Shown here: positions 17,689-26,895 of the stretch, one piece after another
Layout: every line of letters begins with the position of its first letter
How positions within the stretch are numbered: position 1 is the stretch's first letter
NCBI GenBank assembly: GCA_003564155.1
Contig: PWOA01000054.1
Span: 26,237-90,236 of the forward strand
Direction: 5' to 3'
Length of the DNA: 64,000 nucleotides
Source of the DNA: Candidatus Cloacimonadota bacterium
GTDB lineage: Bacteria > Cloacimonadota > Cloacimonadia > Cloacimonadales > PWNZ01
The notes under the pieces: generated by a model
The model's input: the letters and a program-made list of their open reading frames with translations, nothing else
The model's database searches: none
Told to the model about the DNA's origin: nothing
Translations under genes and position numbers: made by a program

Positions 17689-19494
17689 ATGAGAAGAATA
17701 AATCTACTGTTATATTTTTTGATTAGTTTATTAATTATTCCGGTTGTTATAAATTCACAGCAGGACTCCAAAAGAATTCTGCTCAATCAAGCACGTAGGA
17801 TGGAAGCCAGAAGAGACTATGAAGAAGCCTTAAGACTTTACAAAGATATGTTGCAAGATTACCCTCAAGATGAAGAGGTGCTGGAAAGATTATTAAATGT
17901 TTATATTAGCACCCATCGTCACCAAGATGCTAAGGAGCTTCTTCAAGAAAATAAGAATGCTTTTAGTTCCGATAACTATATCAAAAATAAAATTGTACTA
18001 ATGGGTGAGTTAGGAAATATTGATGCAGCTTATAAAATTGGGTTAGATTACTTGAATGATAATCGTACAAGAGTCAACTTATATCATGAACTTGCCCTTG
18101 TTTATGAAAGAATTAGACAATATGAAAGTGCTGTGGAAATCTTGAACAAAGGCAGAACACAAGCAGGTGATGAATACATTTTTGCAGTTGACTTGGCTCG
18201 GAATTACCAAAGAGTTAATGAACTCGAAAAAGCTATAACTGAGTACATCAAGCACCTTTCAAAAAACACTGGTTTCTTGTATTTTGTAACTAATCACATA
18301 AAGTCCATATTAGAGAATGATAAGCAGATGATTGGTCATCTGAGAAGCCTATTGTCAGATTCAGATAATAAAGTATTGTTAGAAATGTATGCTCTAGCCT
18401 TAACACACCTAGAACTATACGGAGAAGCATTTGAAGTATATCGTCGTATCAGTTTGGAAAAATTGATAGAATTTGCCGACGAAATAATGGCCAAAGGTGA
18501 GTATAAGATAGCGTCTAAAGCCTATCAGGAATTCTATAACAACGTTGATGATCCAGTGGAAAGAGCTCAGGTGAAATTAAAAATTGTTACTATTCAAATA
18601 GTTAAAGGAGAATTATCTGAAGCACTGCAAATACTAATTGATCTAACCGAAGAAGAAGCCCTTAAAGACCGAAGATATCGTTACAGAACACGGATAAACA
18701 GAGAGATTAGAGAAATGCTTGCCGATGTAGCTATTCGGATGGGCAAACCGGAAGAGGATGTAATCTATTGGCTTAATGAAGCATATAAATTTGCAATTAA
18801 CCAAAATGAACGACAGGAGATAAAGCTGGGAAAAGTTCGTTATTATACTATGATAGAAAACTATGAAAATGCTAGAAATACCATTAATGAAACTCTAGAT
18901 ATTAACAGCTCAAGTACAAGAATCAGAAACATTGGATATTATTATCAATATCTTCTCGAACTAATGGAAAATAGTGTGTCTTCTGATAGCCTTATGGCTG
19001 AAATGATGATTAATATCCAGGGAGATGATCTAACTAATGAAGCAATTTTTCTGTCAGTCATGATGAGAGAAATTCGTCCAGATAATAAAGATTTCTTCTT
19101 GGCTGCGTACCGGGAAAAAAATCTATATCAAGATGAAAAAGCTCTTTTCATACTACTGAAGTCTTTAATAAGCACTCAAGAAGAAAGAATAGAAGATATT
19201 GATCCTAGTAATATCCTAGATTTTGTTGATGAAGATACAATTTATGAAGACGAAGAAATACTTATTATAGCTGCTCAATGGGCAGATAACTTTGGTAACC
19301 ATGATCTAGCCAAACAACTCTATTCTTACAAATACAATAATGATGCTTTATTAGGATATGCAACTTTGAAACTTAGTGAATTACAAAAAAATGATAAGCG
19401 AAATTATCAGAGTACTTTAACTACATTTCTGTCAGCAAATCCACAAAATATTTTTGCACCACAACTTAGGTTATTACTGTCTGGGAGTAATTAA
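17689..19494 (+). CDS. Secreted tetratricopeptide (TPR) repeat protein
   Basis: Signal peptide MRRINLLLYFLISLLIIPVVINS, then repeated A-x-x-x-Y / helical hairpin patterns (EEALRLYKDMLQDYPQDEEVLERLLNVY...). Lies 40 nt downstream of the preceding gene. Confidence 0.75.
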   Translation: MRRINLLLYFLISLLIIPVVINSQQDSKRILLNQARRMEARRDYEEALRLYKDMLQDYPQDEEVLERLLNVYISTHRHQDAKELLQENKNAFSSDNYIKNKIVLMGELGNIDAAYKIGLDYLNDNRTRVNLYHELALVYERIRQYESAVEILNKGRTQAGDEYIFAVDLARNYQRVNELEKAITEYIKHLSKNTGFLYFVTNHIKSILENDKQMIGHLRSLLSDSDNKVLLEMYALALTHLELYGEAFEVYRRISLEKLIEFADEIMAKGEYKIASKAYQEFYNNVDDPVERAQVKLKIVTIQIVKGELSEALQILIDLTEEEALKDRRYRYRTRINREIREMLADVAIRMGKPEEDVIYWLNEAYKFAINQNERQEIKLGKVRYYTMIENYENARNTINETLDINSSSTRIRNIGYYYQYLLELMENSVSSDSLMAEMMINIQGDDLTNEAIFLSVMMREIRPDNKDFFLAAYREKNLYQDEKALFILLKSLISTQEERIEDIDPSNILDFVDEDTIYEDEEILIIAAQWADNFGNHDLAKQLYSYKYNNDALLGYATLKLSELQKNDKRNYQSTLTTFLSANPQNIFAPQLRLLLSGSN

Positions 19495-19546
19495 CCTGTA
19501 AAAATTGGATTTTTCAACTTATTTTTTAAATAAATGATAAATTCTT

Positions 19547-19777
19547 CTATTTAACAGAAATGACTTCTACAATTTCAGGGATGTGTTCTTTTAAAACACG
19601 CTCAATACCTGCTTTAAGGGTATAACTTGCCATAGGACAAGTTCCACATGCACCGGTAAGCCTGACTTCTATAATATTGTCTTCTCTAACATTAACTAAC
19701 TCAACATCACCACCGTCAGATTGAATAGCTGGTCTTACTAATTCTAATATTTCGTTAACTTTTTCTTTCGAAATCAT
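19547..19777 (-). CDS. NifU-like (Nfu C-terminal domain) Fe-S cluster assembly protein
   Basis: VRPAIQSDGGDVELVNV...VRLTGACGTCPMASYTLKAGIE is the Nfu/NifU C-terminal domain with its CxxC. 76 aa. GGAGGAAATG lies upstream. Confidence 0.88.
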   Translation of the reverse strand: MISKEKVNEILELVRPAIQSDGGDVELVNVREDNIIEVRLTGACGTCPMASYTLKAGIERVLKEHIPEIVEVISVK

Positions 19778-20009
19778 TGCATTTCCTCCAAAAATTAATT
19801 CTTATCGACCATCATTATGTACAGGCAGTTTTCGTAAAGCTATTTCATATTGACACCAAATAAAGGTGTAAGGGAGCTGCTTGAAATATACAATTTCATG
19901 TTGATCATTGTTATCCGTATAATGAAGCGATATAAGATTAATGTCATCAAACAAAAGAGCAATAATTTACTAGCAAGCGAAGACTAGTTATTCCCATAAA
20001 TATATAATA

Positions 20010-20044
20010 AAAAAGGCCGAGGACAAATACCCATCGGCCTTTTA
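20010..20044 (-). terminator. Rho-independent terminator downstream of the hsp20 pair (possibly bidirectional)
   Basis: Stem GGCCGA (20015-20020) / TCGGCC (20034-20039) with a 13-nt loop. It is flanked by an A-run on the plus strand, which is a U-run on the minus strand, and by TTTTAAG. Confidence 0.6.
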
Positions 20045-20073
20045 AGTTATGACACTATAAAACGAATAGCGTT

Positions 20074-20508
20074 TCACCCAATTTTTATTTCTTTAGCTGG
20101 AATAGGTTCCTTTTTAGGTATGATAAGAGTTAACACACCATCCTCCATTTTAGCTTCAACTCTTTCTATATCACACATCTCAGGAAGACTAACAACCCGG
20201 CGATAATTTCCTTTAAATCTCTCATAACGATAGACTGTTTCGTTTTTTTCGTTTTCCTTTTTTTCACTGACTTGTTTCCCTTCGATTATTAATTCATTAT
20301 CGTGAACTGATACTTTAACATTATCTTTCTTAATCCCAGGCATATTTGCTCTTATAATATATTCCTTATCTCTTTCGGATACATCCATTGGCATCATCTT
20401 ATTTGTTTCAGACTGTTCATCAATAAAGGCATTACTAAAGAAATCATCAAACAAAGATGACATTAAAGGAAACAAGTCTTTAGTATTGCGAGTAGTTAAA
20501 TAATTCAT
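20074..20508 (-). CDS. Hsp20/alpha-crystallin family small heat-shock protein (copy 2)
   Basis: Alpha-crystallin domain: MPMDVSERDKEYIIRANMPGIKKDNVKVSVHDNELIIEGK...YRYERFKGNYRRVVSLP...AKMEDGVLTLIIPK. GGGAGG lies upstream. Confidence 0.9.
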   Translation of the reverse strand: MNYLTTRNTKDLFPLMSSLFDDFFSNAFIDEQSETNKMMPMDVSERDKEYIIRANMPGIKKDNVKVSVHDNELIIEGKQVSEKKENEKNETVYRYERFKGNYRRVVSLPEMCDIERVEAKMEDGVLTLIIPKKEPIPAKEIKIG

Positions 20509-20521
20509 AATACCTCCCAGT

Positions 20522-20950
20522 TTACGAAATCTTTATCGATTTTTCAGGTTTTGGTTGCATTTTTGGGATGTTAATTTTTAAAACACCATCTTCGTATTTA
20601 GCATACATATTGTCACAATCCCAATTGTCTTGAATTGTGAAAGCTCTACGGTAATTACCTTGATATCTCTCACAACTATACATTGTTTCTTGTTCTTCTT
20701 TTTTTTCCTCAAACTGCTTTGCTTCAATCACTAAATCATTACCTTCAACAAAAACCTTGATATCTTTCTTTTTTATTCCCGGTAAATTTGCTGTCAAGAT
20801 AAACTCCTTATCTTGCTCTACAATATCCACAGCCATCATCTTTTCATCATTTGTAGGTTGATGAAAAGCATTTTTTATAAAGTCATCTAACAAGGTTCTC
20901 ATTGGCCGGTATTCCATCTTTTCATTCCTGTGAATAATCGGCATTCTCAT
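20522..20950 (-). CDS. Hsp20/alpha-crystallin family small heat-shock protein (copy 1)
   Basis: MAVDIVEQDKEFILTANLPGIKKKDIKVFVEGNDLVIEAK...ERYQGNYRRAFTI...AKYEDGVLKINIPK. It is a paralog of the downstream gene. GGAGG lies upstream of ATG 20950. Confidence 0.9.
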   Translation of the reverse strand: MRMPIIHRNEKMEYRPMRTLLDDFIKNAFHQPTNDEKMMAVDIVEQDKEFILTANLPGIKKKDIKVFVEGNDLVIEAKQFEEKKEEQETMYSCERYQGNYRRAFTIQDNWDCDNMYAKYEDGVLKINIPKMQPKPEKSIKIS

Positions 20951-21006
20951 AATTAGACCTCCTATGTTAAAATTAATCCATATTTTTACTTATTAATTCT
21001 ACGTAC

Positions 21007-21035
21007 ATTATAACGCAGTTATCAAAAAGATGCAA
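21007..21035 (-). promoter_or_regulatory. Sigma70-type promoter TTGCAT-N17-TATAAT for the hsp20 operon
   Basis: On the minus strand: TTGCAT (21035-21030), a 17-nt spacer, then TATAAT (21012-21007), about 55 nt upstream of ATG 20950. Confidence 0.5.
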
Positions 21036-21043
21036 CAAATAAA

Positions 21044-21070
21044 TTAGCAGTCAACATGACAGAGTGCTAG
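21044..21070 (-). promoter_or_regulatory. CIRCE operator (HrcA binding site)
   Basis: The plus strand reads TTAGCAGTC-aacatgaca-GAGTGCTAG. This matches the consensus TTAGCACTC-N9-GAGTGCTAA at 16 of 18 positions with the exact 9-nt spacer. It lies 8 nt upstream of the -35 box of the hsp20 promoter. Confidence 0.7.
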
Positions 21071-21342
21071 TAAAATGCGCTAAAGTGTAGAGGGATTGTA
21101 TTATAAGAAATAAACACTATGGGATAATTATTTTAGTTACATCAACAAATATCTAATAAGTTTGTTTTGTAGAATTAGGTGTGTATGATATCTATAGTCG
21201 GTTTGATGAAGACAATAACTTAATGTTTAGTATAGCTGATAGTTAGGAGATGTTTGCTTATTAATTTGCAATCTGCAAATAAGTATTAATTGAGTACTTA
21301 ATGAACCAATTAAGATTATGGACAATTATGACGATCTTTTGA

Positions 21343-21371
21343 TTGACAAAACAGGGGTGAGTAATTAATTG
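21343..21371 (+). promoter_or_regulatory. Candidate promoter TTGACA-N17-TAATTG upstream of the EF-G paralog
   Basis: TTGACA at 21343-21348 and TAATTG at 21366-21371. ATG is at 21405. Confidence 0.3.
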
Positions 21372-21404
21372 ACAGGAGTTATAAATACTAAATACGGAGT
21401 AATT

Positions 21405-23456
21405 ATGAAGACGCAAGACATTAAGAAAATACGGAATATAACCTTTTCTGGAGCTAGTGGGTCGGGGAAAACAACTTTAGCTGAACATTTATTGTATAAA
21501 TCTAAAGCGATAAACAGAATCGGTAAAGTTGAAGAAGGTAATACCGTCATGGATTTTGATCAGGAAGAGATTGCTAAAACAATGTCTTTATCGTTAGGAA
21601 TGGCACATTTCGAATGGAAAGATCATACAGTAAACCTCATAGACACGCCGGGTAATCCGGATTTTGTAAGTGATAAGATTGCCGGTTTTACAGCTGCAGA
21701 TACAATAATAATTGTTGCTAATGCTGCAGGTGAGTATGAAGTCGGTTTAGAACAGACCTTAGAACAACTTACGAGAAGAGATAATCAACCAACTGCAATA
21801 GTCATAAACAGGATGGATAATGAGCATGCAGATTATGATAAAATCATGGAATTAGTACGTGAGAATCTTGGTATTACTTTAGCACCAATTATAATACCAA
21901 TAGGTAAGGAGAATTCTTTTGAAGGAGTTGTTGATATAATTAAGGAAAAAGCGTATATAAAAGACCATTATACATCAATTCCGGAACATATGAAAGACAC
22001 TGTTGCCGATTACAAGATGAAGCTAATTGAGGCGGTTGCCGAAACAGATGAAGAATTAATGGAGAGATATTGTGAGTCCGACACTCTTTCTCCCGAAGAG
22101 ATTCGATCAGGTTTGGCAAAAGGAATTGTAGAAGGATTATTGCAACCTGTTTTTGCATGTTCCGCTGGTAATGAAATTGGTCTTGTTCCTTTATTGGACG
22201 CAATCGTCGAATATTTACCTTCACCCGCGGACAAAGAAGTTATAGCCTTAGAAAATGGAGAGAAAAAAATAATAGAGTGTAAAGAAGATGGTGTTGTATT
22301 AAGTTGGTTATTTAAATCTATAGCAGACCCAGTTACTGGTGATATTGGATACGTACGAGTGATTTCAGGGACTTTAAAACCTGGTATGGAGGTCATAGTA
22401 CCAGAGAAAGGGTTAAAAGATAAAATCGGTTCCATATATAAAGTAAAAGGTAAGAATAGGACTGAAACTAATGAACTGAAAGCCGGCGATATTGGAGCTT
22501 TAGTAAAACTTAAGGTAGCTCGGACTTTTAACACAATAACATCAGTCAATAGCAAGCTGAAGATACCACCTCCTGTATTACCTACTCCCGTATACTGGAA
22601 GACTATAAGAGCACTGAGTCAAGGAGATGAGGAAAAAATTGGGACTGGACTTAGTAAATTATTGGATGAAGATCCAACTTTAAAATTTGAGTTAAATACT
22701 GAGACTTCCGAAAATGTTCTATCAGGTGTTGGCGAGTTACAAATAGCAATGGTTCAGAAAAAGCTTAAAACTCGTTATAAAATTGATACTGAATTAAATG
22801 ATCCTAAAATACCATATAAAGAAACAATACTAGGTAAGGCTGACGTTAATTATAAACATAAAAAGCAGTCCGGAGGACGTGGACAATATGGTGAAGTTTA
22901 TTTCCGCATTTCTCCATTAGAAAGAGGAGAAGGATATAAATTTATAAACTCTATAGTTGGTGGAACAATACCCAGTAAATTTATACCGGCAATAGAAAAA
23001 GGTATCAATGAGACAACCCAAGTTGGGATAATAGCTGGCTATAAAGTAGTTGATATATCTGTTGATTGTTATTATGGTAGTTATCATGATGTTGACTCTT
23101 CAGAGTTAGCATTTAAATTAGCATCTTCACAAGCCTTGAAAAAGGGATTTCAGGAAGCTAAACCGATAATTTTAGAACCAATCCATCAAGTTAATATTAT
23201 CATTCCAATTGAGTATATGGGCGATGTTATGGGTGATATTTCAACACGAAGAGGCAAAATATTAGGTATGGAACAACAGGTTAAGAAGCAGATATTAATT
23301 GCACATTTACCTTTATCTGAGTTGTTTTCATATTTTCCTACTCTAAAATCTTTGACCCAGGGCAGAGGAGTGTTTGATCAAAAGTTCTCTCATTATGAGA
23401 AATTACCGGAAGAGCTTACTGCAAAAATCGTAGCTGCGTATCAGGAGAGTGAATAA
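21405..23456 (+). CDS. Elongation factor G paralog (EF-G2 type)
   Basis: Five-domain EF-G layout: GASGSGKTTLAEHLLY P-loop, DTPGNPDF switch II, NRMD, and a domain IV loop KHKKQSGGRGQYGEVYF. It is not in an rpsL-rpsG-fusA-tuf context. The N-terminus resembles Thermus EF-G2 (GHAGSGKTTLTEALLY). ATG 21405 is preceded by ACGGAG. Confidence 0.88.
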   Translation: MKTQDIKKIRNITFSGASGSGKTTLAEHLLYKSKAINRIGKVEEGNTVMDFDQEEIAKTMSLSLGMAHFEWKDHTVNLIDTPGNPDFVSDKIAGFTAADTIIIVANAAGEYEVGLEQTLEQLTRRDNQPTAIVINRMDNEHADYDKIMELVRENLGITLAPIIIPIGKENSFEGVVDIIKEKAYIKDHYTSIPEHMKDTVADYKMKLIEAVAETDEELMERYCESDTLSPEEIRSGLAKGIVEGLLQPVFACSAGNEIGLVPLLDAIVEYLPSPADKEVIALENGEKKIIECKEDGVVLSWLFKSIADPVTGDIGYVRVISGTLKPGMEVIVPEKGLKDKIGSIYKVKGKNRTETNELKAGDIGALVKLKVARTFNTITSVNSKLKIPPPVLPTPVYWKTIRALSQGDEEKIGTGLSKLLDEDPTLKFELNTETSENVLSGVGELQIAMVQKKLKTRYKIDTELNDPKIPYKETILGKADVNYKHKKQSGGRGQYGEVYFRISPLERGEGYKFINSIVGGTIPSKFIPAIEKGINETTQVGIIAGYKVVDISVDCYYGSYHDVDSSELAFKLASSQALKKGFQEAKPIILEPIHQVNIIIPIEYMGDVMGDISTRRGKILGMEQQVKKQILIAHLPLSELFSYFPTLKSLTQGRGVFDQKFSHYEKLPEELTAKIVAAYQESE

Positions 23457-23567
23457 TTTCTTCGGAAGACTGAGATTATCTTTTTACCTTATTTACTTAA
23501 GGGAATGATACTTCATGAAATTGACACATTAAGTATAAAAAGTTTAACTATTAAGGAGTAATAGTAT

Positions 23568-24317
23568 ATGTCCGGACATAATAAATGGAGTACTATAAAA
23601 CATAAAAAGGGTGCAGCAGATGCTAAACGTGGTAAGCTTTTTACACGCCTCGTCAGAGAGATGATAGTTGCAGCCAGAGATGGTTCAGGTGATATTAATT
23701 CAAATCCAAGATTAAGAGCAGCTGTTAATGCAGCAAAAAATGCTAATATGCCAAATGCCAATATTGAGAAAGCTATCAAAAGAGGTACAGGTGAACTTGA
23801 AGGAATTGTATATGAAGAATATACATATGAAGGTTACGGACCTAATGGCGTAGCAGTAATGGTAGAGGTTATGACAGATAATAAAAACCGAACTGTAGCT
23901 GAAGTTAGACATATTTTTAGTAAGTATGGTGGTTCCTTGGCGGAGAATGGTGCGGTTTCTTGGGTTTTTGAGCAGAAAGGATACATACTCATTGATGCAG
24001 GATCAATGACAGAAGATGATGCGATTATGGAAGCTTTAGAAGCTGGTGCACAAGACGCTGAATTTAAAGACGGTGAGGTAGAAGTATACACCGAAGTTCA
24101 GGACTTACATAAAGTTATTTCCTATCTCGAAGAAAAACAACGTAACATACTCAAAGCAGAGTTGACCAGAATACCTTCTAATCTTGTTAATGCTGATGAT
24201 GTAGCTGACAAATTGATGAAACTTCTAGATAAACTTGAAGATCTAGATGATGTTCAAAAAGTATTTGCCAATTTTAGCATTAAGGATGAATTATTAGAAA
24301 GTCTATCTAATTTTTGA
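23568..24317 (+). CDS. YebC/PmpR family DNA-binding transcriptional regulator
   Basis: [32 protein letters not shown] is the invariant YebC N-terminus. 249 aa. AAGGAG lies upstream. Confidence 0.92.
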   Translation: [249 protein letters not shown]

Positions 24318-24350
24318 CCTCTTCGAATGAAGTTAGACTGAATAATATCA

Positions 24351-24830
24351 ATGTTGTATTTAGGGATCGATCCAGGTAGCATAAATTGTGGTTATGGTGT
24401 CATAAAAATCGAAGCGAAAAAGATTGTTGCTGTAAACTATGACACTATTAAGCTAAAGAGTAAAGATAGTTTAAATATTCGCATTGAGATAATTTATAAC
24501 GAAATAAGCGATATATTACAAAGTATTAAACCGAATAAAGTAGCAGTTGAGACAATTTTTTACGGTAAGAACATGAAAACTGCTTTTACATTAGGCCATG
24601 TCAGAGGTGCTATATTGTTAGCTATAGCTCAACATAAATTGCCTTTTTTTGAGTTTTCTCCACGAGAAGTTAAGAGAGCGGTTACAGGCAATGGAAATGC
24701 TTCTAAGCAACAGTTACAGTATATGTTACCCAAAATATTAGGACTGAAAGTTGCCAATATACCTGAAGATGCTGCTGACGCCTTAGCGGTAGCTTTCTGT
24801 ATGTTTAATCAGGATAGGTTTGTTTACTGA
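24351..24830 (+). CDS. ruvC: Crossover junction endodeoxyribonuclease RuvC
   Basis: LGIDPGSINCGYGVI, the VAVETIFYGKN catalytic Glu, and EDAADALAVAFC. 159 aa. Confidence 0.92.
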   Translation: MLYLGIDPGSINCGYGVIKIEAKKIVAVNYDTIKLKSKDSLNIRIEIIYNEISDILQSIKPNKVAVETIFYGKNMKTAFTLGHVRGAILLAIAQHKLPFFEFSPREVKRAVTGNGNASKQQLQYMLPKILGLKVANIPEDAADALAVAFCMFNQDRFVY

Positions 24831-24897
24831 ATTGGTTATGAGAAAACAGGTAGAATTACGGAAAATATTTAATTTAATTAAGCTATAATTTTGTTCT

Positions 24898-25509
24898 ATG
24901 ATATCATATCTTAAAGGGAAACTTATTGAAAAAACACCGGTTATGGTTGTTATTGAATGTAGTAACATTGCGTTTGAATTTAAAATACCTTTGAGCACTT
25001 TCGAAAAACTCCCATCACTGGGAATGTCTGTTCAAATAAATGTTCATGTTAACGTTTCAGATGATGGCTTGAAGCTGTATGGTTTTTATTCTGTTCAAGA
25101 GAAGGAATTATTTAAACTGTTGATTACAGTTACCGGCATAGGTCCCAAATTAGCTGTGTCAATTCTTTCCGCAATCAACTGGCAAACTTTTATTAAGCAT
25201 CTAAGCAATGATGACGAAAAAGCACTTACAGCAGTTCCCGGATTAGGCAAGAAGACAGCTCAAAGACTGATTTTAGAGCTCAAAGATAAAATTGAAAAAA
25301 CAAGTTTACTCAGCATATCTGAAAAGATTGAAGATAGTCAATTAAAAATAATAAAAGAAGCAGAGACAGCGCTTCTAACTTTAGGGTATAAGTCTTTGGA
25401 TATTCGTCCGATAATAGAAGAATGTATTAATAATGAGAACATTACTACTTCAGAGCAACTCATAAAAATGGTTATTAAAATGATGTATAGTAATAAAAAA
25501 CGTAGATAG
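24898..25509 (+). CDS. ruvA: Holliday junction branch migration protein RuvA
   Basis: MISYLKGKL..., helix-hairpin-helix motifs LITVTGIGPKLAVSILS and VPGLGKKTAQRLILELKDK. 203 aa. Confidence 0.92.
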   Translation: MISYLKGKLIEKTPVMVVIECSNIAFEFKIPLSTFEKLPSLGMSVQINVHVNVSDDGLKLYGFYSVQEKELFKLLITVTGIGPKLAVSILSAINWQTFIKHLSNDDEKALTAVPGLGKKTAQRLILELKDKIEKTSLLSISEKIEDSQLKIIKEAETALLTLGYKSLDIRPIIEECINNENITTSEQLIKMVIKMMYSNKKRR

Positions 25510-25510
25510 T

Positions 25511-25536
25511 GTATCTAAAGATGTAGATACATTTTT
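25511..25536 (+). terminator. Rho-independent terminator after ruvA
   Basis: Stem GTATCTA (25511-25517) / TAGATAC (25524-25530) with loop aagatg, followed by ATTTTT. Confidence 0.55.
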
Positions 25537-25569
25537 GGAACTAATAAAAATTACAACACTAGGAATCTC

Positions 25570-26883
25570 ATGGATCAAGTAAGAAAAGAAGCTCATAATA
25601 TAGTTTATGCCGTTTTAAATAAAAAAAGACGGTCAGAAGATTTGCTGTTGAAGGCGTCAAAGAAAATCTCTTCAGAAAATAAAACCTTATTGTATCATAT
25701 TGTCAAAGGATCGCTCAAAATGATCATGAACTTAGATTATATTGCAGCATCTTTATGCGAAGAAGACAAATATTCAAAGACAGATCTAAAAATAAAGGTA
25801 TTACTTTACATAGGTCTTTATCAACTTATCTATTGTGATAATATACCTGAATATCATGCACTGAATGAAACAGTTGAATTAGCGAAATTGCTTTATGACC
25901 GAAAGGTTTCGAGTTTTGTTAATGCGGTACTCAGGCAATATCAACGAAATTCACATATTGAATACCCTCAAGACCGAGTTAAACGTATTTCCGTACAACA
26001 TTCATATCCCCTCGAATTATTATTAGAATGGGAGAAACTATGGGGCTTGGATGAAGTAGAAAAAATGTGTTTATACTTTAACGAAGTGCCAAAGTTATCT
26101 GCACGAATTAATCAAATAGCAACCTCCAAAAAAAGACTTATCAAATATTTTCAAAGAAAATCTATAGACTTTATAGAGGTTGAACACTCTAAAAATATAA
26201 TAGTTACATCTCAAGCTCAAAAAGCGTTGAGCGATGTATCTTTCGATGAGGGGTATTTTTCAATACAAGATCCAGCAGCAGCTATGGTCGTAGATCTTTT
26301 AGCTCCTGAGGTTGATGATAGTATATTAGATCTATTTGCCGGACCTGGCGGTAAATGTACTTATGTTTCAGAAATTATGCAAAATACAGGAGAAGTCATA
26401 GCAGTAGATCGTTATCCACAAAAAGTAAAAAAAATAAAACGGTCTTTACATCGATTGCAAATAACAAACACAATTACTGTAAATGAAGATGCTTTTAAGT
26501 ATGGACCAAGAGCTCCGGCGTATGATAAAGTATTACTTGATGTACCATGCTCGGGATGGGGTGTGTTTCAAAAAAAACCGGAATTAAGATGGCAATCTTT
26601 ACAAGACATGAAATCTTTATTGAAGCTTCAAGAACAAGCATTACATGTAGGTGCAATTTTTGTTAAACCGGGAGGATATTTAGTATATAGTACCTGTACA
26701 ATGAATCCGAAAGAAAATGAGAAACAGGTTGAAAAATTTTTATTGTCGAATAAAGATTTTCGGGTAGTAAATGCTGCAGATTTTATTCCTAAGCGTTTTA
26801 CTAATAGTAGTTATCTTTATACAATTCCTCATAGAGATAAATCAGATGGAGCTTTTGCTGTTAAGATGAAAAAAAATGATTAA
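25570..26883 (+). CDS. rsmB: 16S rRNA (cytosine-C5)-methyltransferase RsmB/Sun family
   Basis: An N-terminal NusB-like domain followed by the SAM methyltransferase core DLFAGPGGK, LLDVPCSGWGV and YSTCT. Confidence 0.85.
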   Translation: MDQVRKEAHNIVYAVLNKKRRSEDLLLKASKKISSENKTLLYHIVKGSLKMIMNLDYIAASLCEEDKYSKTDLKIKVLLYIGLYQLIYCDNIPEYHALNETVELAKLLYDRKVSSFVNAVLRQYQRNSHIEYPQDRVKRISVQHSYPLELLLEWEKLWGLDEVEKMCLYFNEVPKLSARINQIATSKKRLIKYFQRKSIDFIEVEHSKNIIVTSQAQKALSDVSFDEGYFSIQDPAAAMVVDLLAPEVDDSILDLFAGPGGKCTYVSEIMQNTGEVIAVDRYPQKVKKIKRSLHRLQITNTITVNEDAFKYGPRAPAYDKVLLDVPCSGWGVFQKKPELRWQSLQDMKSLLKLQEQALHVGAIFVKPGGYLVYSTCTMNPKENEKQVEKFLLSNKDFRVVNAADFIPKRFTNSSYLYTIPHRDKSDGAFAVKMKKND

Positions 26884-26895
26884 TGGGATTTTAAT

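Noticed and set aside
22010-22555. 181-aa antisense ORF (and the 94-aa ORF at 21940-22224) inside the EF-G paralog
   Set aside because: The sense strand encodes conserved EF-G domains II and III. The antisense product is Ser/Pro/Ile-rich with no motif. It is a chance open frame.
26415-26423. Perfect DnaA box TTATCCACA, considered as a hint of oriC near gyrBA
   Set aside because: It is a single copy inside the rsmB coding sequence. There is no cluster of boxes, no adjacent AT-rich unwinding element, and no dnaA or dnaN gene.
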